A stretch of 64,000 nucleotides of DNA from Veleropilina oligotropha (Eukaryota). Location of the stretch: positions 558,001 to 622,000 of the forward strand of contig JBEUKZ010000100.1 of assembly GCA_048128005.1 (NCBI GenBank). Reading direction: 5' to 3'. The notes under the pieces are model-generated. The model did no database searches and was not told where the DNA came from. It saw only the letters and a program-made list of their open reading frames with translations. Shown piece by piece: positions 27,791 through 42,509 of this stretch. A program made the position numbers and the translations under genes. How positions within the stretch are numbered: the first letter of the stretch is position 1; the number at the start of each line of letters is the position of its first letter.

Positions 27791-28924
27791 GAATTTCTGT
27801 TGGTTTGGAAATTTATTTTATTTATTGGCGTCTATTTTAAATTTAAATTTAAAGTCATTTGTGTTACATTCTGTAAAGAATACTTTAGTTTTTTATGTTG
27901 ATTGATCGCTGAAAAAAATAGAATAAATGTTAATCTGTGTCCGTGTGAACTAAAAGAAAGATTTATGCTTTCCACCGCGATGCATTACTTCTTAACCGAA
28001 AATATTTCAATAAATATATATGGAGCAAAACAATTTGGAACAAGAGTAAATGGCACATTTGTCGAACTCGACATGGTCGAGCGATAGTTGACCGCAGCAG
28101 ATGGTACAGTAAACCACCTGAATACCATAGGCAAGAAGAAAATGTATCAGGGTAATTCGGTAAATGCAAGGCTCTTAGAGGCTTCTTTTGGGATAAATTT
28201 AATATTTATATTATTCAAGTCTGTATTAAGTAGGCTACTAATTATTAGTACTTAATACAGGCTTGTACAAACGCTGGTTAGACTGAATAAGGCAACATAG
28301 CGGAAGAAAATGGCCGTCCCGGCATACTTCATTTGGTGGCAGCTCAAGGCCATTGCAATCAGTGTACAATACATGGCGATGATAGCAGGAACCTGAACGT
28401 ATCATCTTGGGTTGATATGCTCATCGGAAGCTGCCCAGTCCATCCACATCGAACTCCAGAACATTCGGAACGAGGAATCGCGTAGATTACTTGCATAAAA
28501 GCCTCCCCCATCAGTACTTGGGTGTAAGTGTACCCAAGGGGTCATGTGGTAGCAGAAAATTGAGGGTAACCACAATGCAAGTCGAAATATTTTCGAGTAA
28601 GAAATAGAGTGTAGCAAACCAAAGGGTAAATATCCGATTCACATGTTTAAGGGAAGAAAAGCAACATGGAAGTAAACGATTGTTGTTATCCACGCAATAA
28701 GAGACATCTCAAATCATGATGTTTGCTACATAACAATCGATATGTAGGTTTCCTGAAAGAATGAATGTTTTTAGGAATTTTAAGGGGGATGGTAGATTTC
28801 CATACGCAATGCAGCTACGACGGTTCCTTATGAAGACGCTCGCACGCATGAAAATGCATGAAAATTTATATTTGAAAAAGTCTTCTCTTGCATTGTGTGC
28901 TTTTATTTACCATGCATAACTAAC

Positions 28925-29147
28925 CTGGAATAAAACTCAGTCCAGCCGCCAACGACAGTATAACAGCCGTTAATTTCCTGGATTCATTGTAATAAACCAG
29001 TAATCCGTAATACAGAACGCCCAATCCAAAGGGTGTAGCCACAACCACGTGACAGAACGCGACCGCTATTATTACTCCCCACTTCCGGTTGGGTTTTATC
29101 TTTGACAAGCATCCGGTAGTAGACCTGTAATCATATTGATGAGTCAT
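28925..29147 (-). CDS. SLC16/MCT-like MFS transporter, exon 1 (first coding exon)
   Basis: MTHQY...RKWGVIIAVAFCHVVVATPFGLGVLY...SFIP G|gttag. Exons 223+144+765+149 = 1281 nt = 426 aa + stop with consistent phases. Confidence 0.8.
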
Positions 29148-30045
29148 ATATATATCGTAATCATAGGCCTATCCATTTGCGACATTTTATGTTAAGTATT
29201 CATAGGGGCAAATATTGCGTGTATTAGCACAAGAACAGATAATTACATACCCATATTGCAATAAATAAGATCAAGATGCTATGTTAATGGTAATAATTAC
29301 AGTAATATATGACGTCATTCCAAACAATGATTTGGGACAACATCCACGTTAAACATTATTTAGTTCCGTCTGTGGCGCTGTATGTCTTGCAATGAAACTT
29401 TAAACAATGCTATTCAATTATTTGAGTTGATTTGTGCTTGAGGGTTTTTTTCCTTTTATAACATCGAAACATTTGAGGTGCCATGAAGTCATTTTTAATT
29501 GCTTGTCGTTAATTATTATAATGCATTAATTAACGAATTGGTTTTCTTAGGAAATATCGTTTATAAGTACCTTTTACGAATGCAGTCCATCTTCTCCTTC
29601 ATACATTCATGTCCGTAAGGGTTAGAGCAAAGATTTAACAAAGGTCGTTTATGTCAGTGCTTATCAATAGGTAGTGGGCATTAGACATGGTTTCCGACGA
29701 AACCGTTGTAACGTGAAATTGCATGCTTTACAAGTCAAGCTTGGGCATATTAATTAATTATTATTTTATTTTTTAACATATATCCGTATTATATAAATGT
29801 CGATTTGATTAGACGTGGTAGTAAATGTACTCTGATGACTAAATTGTCACCAACAACAAACAAAATCAGACCCATACATGACACTCTGAATTCAGTTCAA
29901 ATTACCATAGGGTAAATTAGTACTTAACGCATACCACCTCACTGACCGATTGTCAACCATGTTGCACAGGAAACATACCCTCAATACACCATTGGGTATA
30001 TCGATATTTAATTTTTAAGTTATATAAATGTATATCCGAGTGTAG

Positions 30046-30191
30046 TTATATATTTATGCTATAGACGGTTGTACGATTTTCTCTGATTCTCCGAACAGTA
30101 ATTAAGACAAACGCCAAAAGACAGACAAAAAGCGGCAACACGCCACCCAGGACATAAGGCCATCGATAAGATCCAGTCATATATCGCAGCC
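30046..30191 (-). CDS. Last exon of a tandem SLC16-like paralogue (upstream exons not in window; may be a pseudo-exon)
   Basis: tttcag acceptor, (G)LRYMTGSYRWPYVLGGVLPLFVCLLAFVLITVRRIRENRTTVYSINI*; highly similar to 6115-6263 with a one-codon deletion. Confidence 0.65.
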
Positions 30192-30302
30192 CTGAAAGGA
30201 AAGCCACAAAAATCAGCAAGGTAATATGAAATATCAGTAAATAACATTAGTTGATTTTCTATTTATATACAGTTGTAAACCATCAATGAACGGATTACAT
30301 TG

Positions 30303-31080
30303 TTAACAAGGCAATCCGAGATTGCAAAGCTTCGCCCCGGGTGAAAGGAATGGTGGAAGGTGGAAATCTTTGCGAATAATAGTTGAAGAACATTTTGAGC
30401 CTAATTTGAAGCGTGTATGCCGAAGCGTTCTAGCGCTAGCGCCGAAAATCCGCAAACCGGAAATTGCGACATAAACTCCGGATCTTCTTTCCGACTCCGA
30501 TCATCTGTAATGAGGACCGAGCATAGACTAAACCCTATCTTGTTTAAAACAATTAAGTAAATCGGTGCAATGGTCGTTGAGTTAGAGCCGAAAAGCGGAA
30601 ACGAGAAATTGCGTCATAAAATCCGGAGCCGCTTTCCGGGTGGACCATATCTTGTGTCAGAAAAGTGAATAAATCGGTTCAATGGTCGTTAAAACATAGC
30701 TGAAAATCCGAAAATCCGGAAATTGTGTCTTAAAATCCGATCCCATTTCGATCATCTTTGAACTTGAGAGGACCGAGCTTAGGGTGGGCCATACCGTGTG
30801 TGAAAAAATGATATAAATCGTATCAATGGTTGTTGATATGCCCGCGGACAGACAATCTTCAAACCGGTAATGAGGTCATAAAATCGGCTTTCCGATGCGG
30901 CTCATCTTTGTGGAGGACCAAGCGTATGGTGGACCATATCACATGTTCCAAAATTAAGTAAATCGGATCAAAGGTTGTTGAGATATGATCACGGACAGAC
31001 AGACATACAGACAGACTCACAGACAGACAGACTCACAGACAAACAGATCCGATTGCAATACCTTATCTCACCACTGTCGG
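30303..31080 (+). mobile_element. HINE/pearl-like element
   Basis: AACAAG start, GATTGCAA subterminal motif, degenerate internal repeats, (ACAG)n microsatellite, then GATTGCAATACC; related pieces at ~32157-36850 and 41780-42290. Confidence 0.55.
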
Positions 31081-32203
31081 ACCAATTTCATAGCAACAGT
31101 CTACATGATCCTTCTTTGATGTGTTCACAATGCGCATTGCTATGAACGAACAATATCATACTTGGAGCAATTAGTGACCCCAGTAGATGTAGAACGTCAA
31201 TGTTTACAATATTTATATATTTGGCTTGATTAACGTATAAGTAATAATTATAATACGAGACACCATTCGTTGTTTTAGACATCGAACGCTTTGCATGATT
31301 TTCTCCATGTCAATCACGAGCGCGCATAAAAGCGCGTGAGTGTGATTGACATGGGAGCAAACCACGCAAAATGTCCCGACAACTAACATAACCAATTGGT
31401 GTCAAGTATGATAATTGACTTGACTCTACACATATCTTCTGTAACTGTTTCTACTAAATCACCAATAATCCTATGTTGTAATGACCGTTAAGTATAGGTT
31501 ATACCTCGAGGTTTGGCTGTCTAATCGGAAAAGCATGCAGTTAAACCACGAGGCACGAAGCACCGAGTTGTTTAACTGCCCAGGCTTTCCCGATTATATA
31601 CCACAAACCTAGTGATATAACCAACTGAAACCATTGTAAAAATGTTCAATAATTTAAAATATATGATTTTAATAACCTAATACACCCATTTTTAGTGTAA
31701 GAAAGTACTCCCCCGTGGTCTAACTGATAATATGGTCAGTTAGACCACGGACCAAAACAATAGAGTGACGTCATAAAAATGGGTCAATACGAGTTGCATA
31801 TGATTGGTGTCTATTTGGTTGTATTGCCACTGAAATCTTTTCTTTATCGTTATTACGTTCCAATCTTACGGCAGGGTATTAGGGCCACGGTGAGATATTT
31901 TTTATTTCCCAATGAGGCCTTTCTATCTCCTACGGAGGCCTTTCTATCTGCTCCGGAGAAGTTACGTATTACGGAGTTGCCCTAATGCGCTTCCGTGCAC
32001 TCCTATGTTGTTGAAGGGCTTCAGATCAGTGTGTTGCACAGACGATGGCCATCAGGTAATTTTTTGTTAAATGAATTACTTGAACATGGCTGTATGGTGA
32101 TTTTTGCCACGACTGATGATTTTAGTTGGCACTGTAAATTTTAACGTGACTCAGTTATTACCCTCGGCTCCGGAGGAGAGGCGAGGGTATTGCAATCGGT
32201 TCG

Positions 32204-32260
32204 GTATGTATGTCTGTATGTATGTATGTATGTATGTATGTATGTATGTATGTATGTATG
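32204..32260. repeat. (TATG)n microsatellite
   Basis: Directly visible; belongs to a reverse-oriented HINE-like element. Confidence 0.9.
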
Positions 32261-35200
32261 TGCCGTATTCGACCGTTTAAGCGCGCATGCCCTATTAATC
32301 GCACACATCATTTTTTCGTGTCCAGATATGTTCATGAACGTGAAATCCACGAACAACCGAGTGAAATTCAAAGGTACTCTCAGCCGTTCAGTGGCGTTGG
32401 AAGCAATTTTGGATTGGGGGGGGGGGGGGTAAGACAGAAAAAGGGCACTTTTCATAATTAATTTTAAATAGTGGTAATTTTGAGCTGTACATTTGTGCGT
32501 ATATATGTATGATTGCTGTGGGGGTTGAGGATATTTTTCCAAATAGAAATATGAAGTTAATGGTCCGCGTGGGGGTGGGGCCCCACCCGGAAGAAAATTT
32601 TGACACTTAACCTTGTGAAACCCCTTATTCTGTATTCTGAGATCGCTAATGTGCTATTTCTTACCAACATCTTTGAATCATTTTCACCACTCTGTAAAAG
32701 TTTTCAATTTGAAAGATGGGTCAAAGACGTTTTTTGAAATATAATATACAGCTGTAAATATGACCAGGGACTGCAAAATTGCGGGGGACATGATGGTCAT
32801 CAGGACTTTGGGCCTTACGGGGTCGAATTATCCTATCAATTTCCCACGTCATGTGAAGAATTATTGACAAATAACCGTGCGAGATATCCTCTCCTGTATT
32901 CTGATGATGTAAATGTGATATTTCTTAACATATACGAATGATTCCACCACTCCATGGAAGAAATATTTGACACAATTAACCGTGCGAAAAACCCTCTCCT
33001 GTATTCTGATGATGTAAATGTGGTATTTCTTAGCAATATTTACGAATTATTTTACCACTTCGTAAAAGGTGTAGGCATGTAATAACCTCATGCCCAGTCT
33101 GCTGTACAATAATTATAATCCAAAGAATGGTGACTGTCGGTAGATGCAGATATCTCAAGGATATTGTACGTGTGATAAAAGCTATGAACTCAGATATATT
33201 TAACTCTTCTGTCTATGGTAAACCGTCTATGGATAGTCATTGAATGCTTGAAGGGATGCCTACGGTATTCCTAGTCCTATTATATGATATTGTTTTAGAA
33301 AAGGAACGGTCCCTATAGTCTTAGTAAATAACGTGACATTTATATTGATTTTGTTCGTTGGAGGCAAGTAAGACTGTTTTAACTGCTGATAAGATTGTTT
33401 TTGTGTTGAGTAACGATGTTTACAAATGATGTACCGTAGATAGTAGTTCTTGTCAGAATAAATTGGTGTTATTTTACGACGCAGAGGTTTTTTTATTGTT
33501 GCAAAGGGCCGTTCGAAACTGACGTCAGAAGGAAAGCAGAGATTTTTCTTCTGCCTTGACATGTGCGCTTAAACGAACGACAAATTTATAGGAATTTTTT
33601 TGTTTTACCACGCTGTCCGCTTAAGCGGTCGAATACGGTATGTAGGCCTATGTCCATTCGCATAACTCGAAAACGATTGATCCGATTTACTTGAACTTTT
33701 CACACAAGGTAGGGTATCTCCGTGGCTCTTTCCTCCTCGAAGATGGTCTAGATTGGCATCCGGATTTGTATTTTATGACGCAATATCCGATTTACTGATT
33801 TTCGGCCGTGTCGTTAAAACGCTTCGTCGTACAAACTTCAAATTAGGCTCAAAATGTTCTTTAGCTTAAGGGACAATGACATAATGAATTATATAGGATC
33901 TATATCACCCACATCTACATCACTACTGCATCTACATGACCGCCAGGGGGATTGTAAACTTTAAAAATTGGGGGTCAATTTTTAATTTCGCCAAATCGAA
34001 TTAAATTGGGAAAATTAGATATGCAAATCGTAGTCCTGATGAAAATATATTGATATTAATAAAATTATTTAGATAATAATGTGGGATCAATTTGTAATTT
34101 CGAGAAATCGAATTAAATTAGGTAAATTCGTTATGCCATTCATAGTCATGATGAAATTATATTGATATCAGCAAAAATATTTAGAAAATAATGTGAAATG
34201 TGAACTTTATAAGCATTTTAGAAATCAACCAACGCAAATTGCAAATAAATGCCGTAAATATGTAACCACTGAAACAAGACACCTCAAATTTTACCAAGTG
34301 ACAGAATGGGACAATATCTACAACCCTTATCGATATACTTTATGTGTTTGAGCGAATTTGTAGCAATAATTTTTGTACCGAAGTCAAAATCGTCGAGACG
34401 TTGCGATATTTGTGATAGCTCTTTAAATACTGCTAACGCCGTGATATAATTTACACCGTAATCTATCTTTCTTGAAAATTAGTAACTATTGAGTTATTGC
34501 GAGTTAAGTATTGTCAAAATTTGCTAATACAAGTCAAAACTGTAACACCAAATATAAATAGCCTAAATTAGCCGTAGTAATTCGACTGTCTGTATGGCGT
34601 AAACGGTTAAGGCGTTTGCGAAAGATCTAGAGGTCAGGAGTTCGATTTCCGTTACCTCCAAAATATATTTCTTTTATTTATTTAAATTTTGTTATTCCTT
34701 ATTTTTTTATAATTTGTTATTACATTTTATGATTGTAATTCATGTTTTGAAATATTGATCGTATACATTTCTGACTTTCACCATCGTCTTCCTTGGCCCC
34801 GTGGCGAGGGTTTGCAATCTCCTTTGGTTGTTCTTGTTAGACATGTACGAACAGCGCAAACGATTAAAACGGTGTCGATTAATCTTAAGGTCCGGGGTTC
34901 GAATCTCGTAACGTTACCTCCATTTTTTTAAATTTATACTTACTTAAATTTTGTTATAACTTGAATTTTGTTATGATTTGTCATCACATTCTTATGATTG
35001 TAATTCATGTTCATAAATATTTATTTCTGACTTTCCCCGTAGTCTTTCTTGGCCCCGGGGAGAGGGTTTGCAATCTCTTCTGATTGTCCTTGTTATGATT
35101 ATGTATCTCCTTTCCACTCTCTTTTGGCATTTAATTTTGGCACGCCACACTCTTAGCTCCCATATGTTGCTCGCGAATTACCATACTTACAATCGGTTCC

Positions 35201-37144
35201 GTATGTATGTATGTCTGTATGTATGTAAATATGTATGTCTATTCGCATAACTCTAAAATCATCGATTCGATTTACTTGAAATTTTCACACAACATATCGT
35301 ATCTCCGTGGCTCGGTCCTCATCGAAGATGGTTTTTCGGTTGTACCGTTAAAACGATTCGTACAAACTTCAAATTAGGCTCAAAATGTTCTTTAGATTAC
35401 GGGATAATGATATGATGAACAAGACGTTTGTGAATAATAGTCAAAGAACATTGTTTTACGATGACATTATAACGTTTAATAAAGGTAATCGATACTGTTT
35501 GTCAGTGGACAGGAATTCTTCATCTATAGATCAGTAGTTTGTTTAACAAAAACAAATAATAGAAATATGACCACTGTTGCCACCAGCTAATGGCACAAAG
35601 TGTTGAAATATCTATATTTACCCAACGACGTATAATGCAACAAGCATAGCCACTGTGAGTGAGTGACAATAGTGGCATATGTAGCTGGGCGATGTGTGAC
35701 ATGATCAAGCACAGAGCGAGCCTGAGATCAGCACAAATGACTTTACTTGTCAATTTTGACAGCAATGTAAACACATTGTATTTTCATACAGATTAGCGAC
35801 AGAAGATTCGATTTTTAAGTCTTAAAAACACGAAATTGCGTAATCCGTTATCCGATTCCGATATTATTTGAGGAGGACCGAGCGTCCGAGCGTAGGACGG
35901 GCCCTATATCGTGTGTAAAAACTAAGTTGATCGGAGCAATGGTTGTTGAGATATGCTCGCGGACAGACAGACAGACACACAAACCGACCCGATTGCAATA
36001 CTTCTCCCACCAATACTTCAGCGAAGGTAATTATATAGGATCTACATCATCCAAGATGGCCGCCAGGGGGATTGTAAACAAATCGAATTAAATTGGGAAA
36101 ATTCGTTATACAAATAATTATTGTAGTCCTGATATTAAAATATAGTAATATTAGTAAAATTATTTGGAAAATAATGTGAACTGTGACCTTTATAAGCATT
36201 TTAGAAATCCACCAAAGCAAAATGCAACTAAGGGGTATAAATTGGTAACCACTGACAACAGACACCTCAAATTGTAACAAGTAACAGAGTGGAACATTAT
36301 CTACAACATTTATCAATGTACTTTGTGTGTTAGAGCGAATTTGTAGAATTAAGTTTTGTTCCAAAGTTAAAATCGTCGAGACATTGCGATATTGGTGATA
36401 GCTCTTTAAATACTGCTAACGTCGTGATATGATTTACACCATTAAGGAAGGTTACCCTAATCTACCTTTCTTGAAAATTTCAGGTATATCGCTTTAGTAA
36501 CTATTGAGTTCTTGCGAGTTAAGTATTGTCAGGTTCGGCAAAATTTGCAAATACAAAAATCGAACACCAAATATATATAGCCTACAATCGCAGTTATTAT
36601 TAGACATGTGTGAATAGCGCAAACTGTTAAAGCGTTGTCGATTAATCTTGAGGTCAGGGGTTTGAATCCCGTTACATAAAAAAAATCCATTTATTTTTAC
36701 TTAAGTTTTGTTATTACTAGTATTTTGTTATTACTTGTCATCACATTTTTATGATTGTAATTCATGTTCAGAAATATTGATTGTAGACATTTCTGACTTT
36801 CACCGTTCTCTTCCTTGCCCCCGGGGCGACGGTTTGCAATCTCCTCTGATTGCCCTTATTCCCCTTTGCATTCCACCCATCCATCAGAGTCTTGATCATG
36901 ATCTTGGCTGGTCGTCCTGAGTTCTGCCTGTCGTACGTGGGCTCCAATATGACGAATCGTGCTCGTTGGTATAGCTCTGGATGGCTGTGGCAGAGTCTTA
37001 ACCGTCGCGATTCGATCGTTTCAGCCAGCAGTGGAATGCAACCGTAGAGCGTACATTTATAATGACATCACGCCATGAGACATCCTGCACCAATCGCAGC
37101 ATTTTATGTAGCATCCGTCGAGGGAAATGTTCATTGCTTTATTA

Positions 37145-37270
37145 GGAATCCATACCTCACAACTGTAGAACATGATGGATCCATGCCTCACAACTCTAGA
37201 ACATGATGGATCCATGCCTCACAACTCTAGAACATGATGGATCCATGCCTCACAACTCTAGAACATGATG
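37145..37270. repeat. 31-bp tandem repeat, about 4 copies
   Basis: GGATCCATGCCTCACAACTCTAGAACATGAT repeated. Confidence 0.9.
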
Positions 37271-38020
37271 GTTTCGACAGTCACATGAGAGAATCGCAAT
37301 TTCAACTCGTTGGAGAGCTGGACTGTCCAGATCCCCTACATGCCATGGAGTTCCTATCTAGTAAATGGTGTTAAGAAATGATTGACCCCCTCTGTACAGA
37401 AAAAAATGAAAGGTATAAATAAAAACAGATAAAACCATGATAAAGCGCATTTAATTATAATAAAGAACATTTATTTTAATATTTGATATATCCGCCATTC
37501 GCATGTCTTCTGACCATTAATCAACGGGATGTGATAACATGAGTTTCCCAAAGAGGCTGGTGTCATGACTCATATCTTCAAGAACTTCGTTGACCTTAGC
37601 AATCATAATTTCTGTTAAAGAGCGCTTCTGAATGAGTTATTTGCACAATAAGTAAGGACTCCACTGGATCCTTCGTGATTGCTCCGACGAGCTCACAGAC
37701 ATTAAGATCGGAAACATTGCCTGGTCAATCATCGTTACTGAAAAGTAAATCTTAGTGTTTGTAAGCAGGCTTTGAGTGCGGATATCCTTCATACAAGGGC
37801 TTTGCCATACAGATAGGTTACTACTTCAACATCGAAAGCACACCCATAGTCTTTTAAATACGGAATCACATGTTTAGACTAAAATTACGTTTCGAAAATA
37901 AGGCCTATCCCAGCTGATTCCACTTGGTTTATATCTACTTGTGATAACTTTTAAGTCTAGCGGGTGTATCATCTCTTGGCACCCTGTACTTTGTCATATT
38001 TCTCCTCCTTGAGAGGGGTG

Positions 38021-41000
38021 GTGTAACGTAGAATTTGGTCCCCGTAGAAAAGTGTACCAAGGGACCAAATTCTACGGAGAAAAGTGTACCAAAACACCGT
38101 TGTATTATGTCCTAATTTGCTACCATTTTCTACGATGGTTAGGTGGTAAACGGTCCCCGTAGAAAAATGTACCATCTAAATAGTACTTAAAAAAAAATTT
38201 CCGTATTGTGTAAATTCGTAATGTAATTCGTAGTTCCGATGGAATTATATTGATATCAGCAAAAATACTTGGAAAATAATGCGAGATATGAACTAGTGCA
38301 ATGGTCAATATTTTGGAACAATTGTGCATTTTGTTTATAAAAGAAAGAAACTTGGCAGTATGTTAGTATATTTTATACTGTTCAATATCTGATATAGTGC
38401 CAATTTCAAATTGACCCGTGGCCGATATTATGACGTCATGAAATTGGCGGCCATTTTGAATGTGACAATGATGACTAAAAGCTGATGTACCAAGGCCATT
38501 ATTCAACCAAATTTGCATAAGTAGTTACACAGAAAATGCACATTATACGTAGAATTATATTAAAAGTTAAAATAATGATGTAATAGTGACGTTTAATACT
38601 TAACTATAAAAAATTGAAAATATCTAATATTATTAAATCTTTCAAATGTATTCATTTATTTTAAATAACAATATAATACAGGATAATATTTATTATAATC
38701 CTAACAAAATTTTAAAATAATATATAAAATTGTATTTTAGTACAATAATAAAATATAATTGCATTATCGTTTATTCCACAAATTAGCTTGTAATATATTT
38801 GTATCATATACATATTTTCATAAAATTTGCTTTTGTTTTATAATGTACATTGCATGCATATAATAAAATTATCCGTAAAATCCCCCTCTTCCCCCGCTGT
38901 ACCACTATCAGCAGACGATAAAGGACATTATTCGTGCTAGGTATACTCGTAGAAATAGGTATGTATTTGTATCTTTCAAAGATAAATTTGTATATACATA
39001 CACAATTTGCAACTCTTTATAAAATATGATTGCACAGTTCAAATGTCATTGTCGTTGTCCAATAATTCAGTAATTTCATGTAAATATATTAGCCCAAGGC
39101 ATGCTGTCAGCAGACAGGGGAGATAATCGGTATGACAGGATAATTCATATTTTCTTCCAGAGACTGTTTCAATCGATTTATTATGATTGTGTGTGTGTGT
39201 AAAATTATCAAAACTAATTTTTTTCTATTTATTTCAAACACATGATGACCATGCCATATATTTTTACATTATAATATAGTTAACCATAGATTATGGAAAT
39301 ACACTGTAGATTTGTTAATTTACAGGAATGCGTGACCACTGACACATTATCAGAAACTACTGGACGTATTATAGCCTACTGTATGTTATGATGTGAAACC
39401 CGAAAATACCCATAGTTCACCTTGCATCAAGGCTCGAAAGCAACTGAATGATTACGCAAATTCTTCTAATTGTGTCTTTCCTGCTCCAAGCTGCGCAAAA
39501 TCCGACGACGAACCAAAATCATCGCTCCTCCAGGTCAATGATTGGGTCCGGGAGGGCGTGCAGTAAGCGCTTCACGGGCTTGCTTTCATGGCACGCACGC
39601 AGAGAAGACAACATGATCAATTTCATCATGGAAATGCTCATCAACCGGACACTCAACACTAGTGACAACCAATGCAACAAACTGAGAAGGCTCAAGAACT
39701 CAGGGAATCAAATCTAGATCTTATGGTCTTTAACATATACAATAACGACCTTCATCGACACAACCCAAGAAGTACGGATACGCTGACGGCATAGCTATAC
39801 CGCTCCCGAAGAAACGATGGGTGGAGATTGAAATCTGGCTAATAAGACTAAGTCGCAAGCTGAACGTCACGGTGAACAACAACAAGTTAATAGACAGCTT
39901 CGACCTACATAGGATTGAAATTAGATCGCACCCCAACATTAATTAACGAGAAAGATCATGTCACGCATGTCATCGCATTGATCCGTCGCCTCGCGGACAC
40001 TGCACGGGGAGCTATTGCCGAGACGCTGCGAATATCTACCCAGGAACTCGTCTACAGTGCGCACTGGTATGGTGCAGAAGTAGCCATGCCCAGAAGCTAG
40101 ACACAACACTGAACAGTGCCATGCTTATGGTGTCTGGCTGCCTGCAACCAATTCCTGTCAGCCTACCGTACATCCTTTCAAGCATGACCCGATCAAGATT
40201 ACGACGAGATGCTGCAAGGCCCAGGTAAATGAAATCCACCTCCTCTGCGAGACCGTCACTCAGAACCTGTCACGTGCTCGGCTCAAATACGCCGTTTGCA
40301 TAATACGCCCACTATCTCACACGTTCCATACATACCGATGTTTCGAAGGAAGCTCAGGATAAACTGGAAAGAAGAGTGACTGTCTGTAACTCCATTCAGA
40401 GTCGCCAAGGAATATTGGATGAACTTCAATCGCATGAGAAAATGGGCGAGACGCTTTGTCGCGGCAATGAAGAGGTGTGGATTCAAGGGCACGGCTCCAT
40501 GTGAATGTGGCGCCTCCGAGAAATCAGTCCGCCACATCATCCAATATTTCTCACTTCACCCCCCAATTTTTATTTAACGCTTCGAATCAGTACCACAAAC
40601 CTTTTAAACTGTCAGCATTGCCTAGGCTTGTAGTCAAGAATACAGGTACAGCAAGCAGCGAGACTTGGGGTGACAGTTTAAGAGGTTATATGCTTATGCT
40701 TATAGCTTCCCCATTGACACCATCCAATGAAGGAAGGTTGTTTATTATAAAGACCTTTTGTGGCAGTGGGGTACCAATCCTCTTTTGTATTTGTATAACT
40801 CAAATCAAGTAGTTTTGACATTTGTGAATCGCGAATTAATCATGTATAAGTTGTCAAAATGTATATTTTCAAAGATTCAAAATGGCCGACATGATAGCGA
40901 CGTCATAATTTTGGCCAATTATAAATTTAAACATTTTGGCGTGTAATTTGAACTTTTCTGGTCGAATACATAACAATTTTAAGGAAAACGAGCATGAAAT

Positions 41001-42509
41001 AAGTAAGTTGCAACTGTTTCTAAAAATTAAAACAAATTCAAAATGGCCGCCATATTGATGACGTCGTAATTTCGGACATGGGTTATTTAGGACTTGGCAC
41101 TATATTATAATTTTATTAGCACATGATATACTAAGAAACTGGAAAGTTTCATGCTTTTACAAAAAAAAACACAATTATTTGGTATTTCCGCTGCACTAAT
41201 GAAGATTTTAGAAATCAACCAAATCAAAATGCAACTGGTAATCACTGATAGTAGGAAGCTCTAATTTTAACAGGCGGCATTTATTTTTCCACCGAAATTA
41301 AAATCATCGAGATGTTGCGATATTGGTAATAATATTCCAAATACCGTGAAACAAATTATACCACTAATTAAGAATACGGTAATCTACCTTCCTTGAAATT
41401 TCAGATATATCCGTATGTTAGAAGTTGAGTCATTACGAGTTAAGTATTGTCAACCTCGTACAGATGAAATATAAGTATAACCTTTATAACAGTATAACTA
41501 TTAATTATTGCCGTCATATATGGCTGAAACGGCTAAATCGTTCATCCTGATATGCTAATTGTGGTTAATAGTTCGATCCTCGTTACCTCCTATATATTTC
41601 TATTTATTTTTATTTCAGTTCTTGTTATGATTTGTGATTACATTTTATCAATGTAAACCTAGTTTACACCATCGCACGACCACCTGCGATGGATGAATTT
41701 TGAGTGATCGCAGCCCATCGGGAAAGAATCGTGCGTATTCTTGCAACGTCGCATGTTAATTATTAATATGAAGGATATCGGATAAGTAGATACCGAAACA
41801 CAGCCGCGGACGGACAGACCGAGACATCCATACATCCATACATACAAACCGACCCGATTGTGAAATTTTTTTGTATTTCCCTGTCATAAAGAACACGATG
41901 GTGAAAACCAGAAATCTCTGCGAATAATAGTTTACCCCCTCAGCGAGAACAGCGAGGATCGAAAATATCGTCATATGATCCGGATCCCGATCCAGATTAA
42001 GGTAACTTTGGGCATTTTCCGGCGATAAGGAACACGATAGTGAAAGCCAGAAATCTAAACGACTAATATTTTACCCAATAGAGAGGAAAAAGCAAAATCG
42101 GAAATGACGTCACAACATCTTGATCTCTATCCGAATTGGGATATTTTTGGTGTTTTCAGCTTTACTGATGTTCTGAACATTGTGTTAAATTTGAAGAAAT
42201 CAGACAAGTAGATACCAAGAAACAGACACGGACAGATAGACAGACAAACCGACCAAATTTAAATACATTCTCCCACCACTGCTTGGGCATTTATTCCGTG
42301 TAAGGCTTTACATACTGCTATTAACAAAAAGCGTATCACAAAATGCCTGGTACCGTTTTCTACGTGTTCAAAAATACACGCGTTATACACGTATAAACAC
42401 GTCCCCCTCAAGATGCCTGGTACCAATTTCTACGGGTTTTGGTACCGTATTCTACGTCTAATTCTGTCCTAGGTACAATATTCTACGGGGACCGTTTTCT
42501 CTCTTACAG
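38021..42509. mobile_element. Possible composite DNA transposon bounded by repeated inverted subterminal motifs
   Basis: TGTAACGTAGAA...GGTCCCCGTAGAAAA repeats at 38022-38175 mirror TTCTACGGGGACC...TTACA repeats at 42350-42508; no target-site duplication identified. Confidence 0.4.
39330..40570 (+). pseudogene. Degenerate LINE (I/Nimb/Ingi-like) RT and C-terminal zinc knuckle
   Basis: KYGYADGIAI (degenerate YADD), LVYSAHWYGAEV..LDTTLNSAMLMVSGCL, CECGASEKSVRHII. Confidence 0.6.

Noticed and set aside
30059..30247. 62-aa ORF in the track
   Set aside because: Wrong frame; the MCT-like exon is in another frame (30046-30191).
37290..38000. Possible degraded coding sequence (also 42510-43050)
   Set aside because: Looks coding-like in composition but has many stops and no motif I can recognise.
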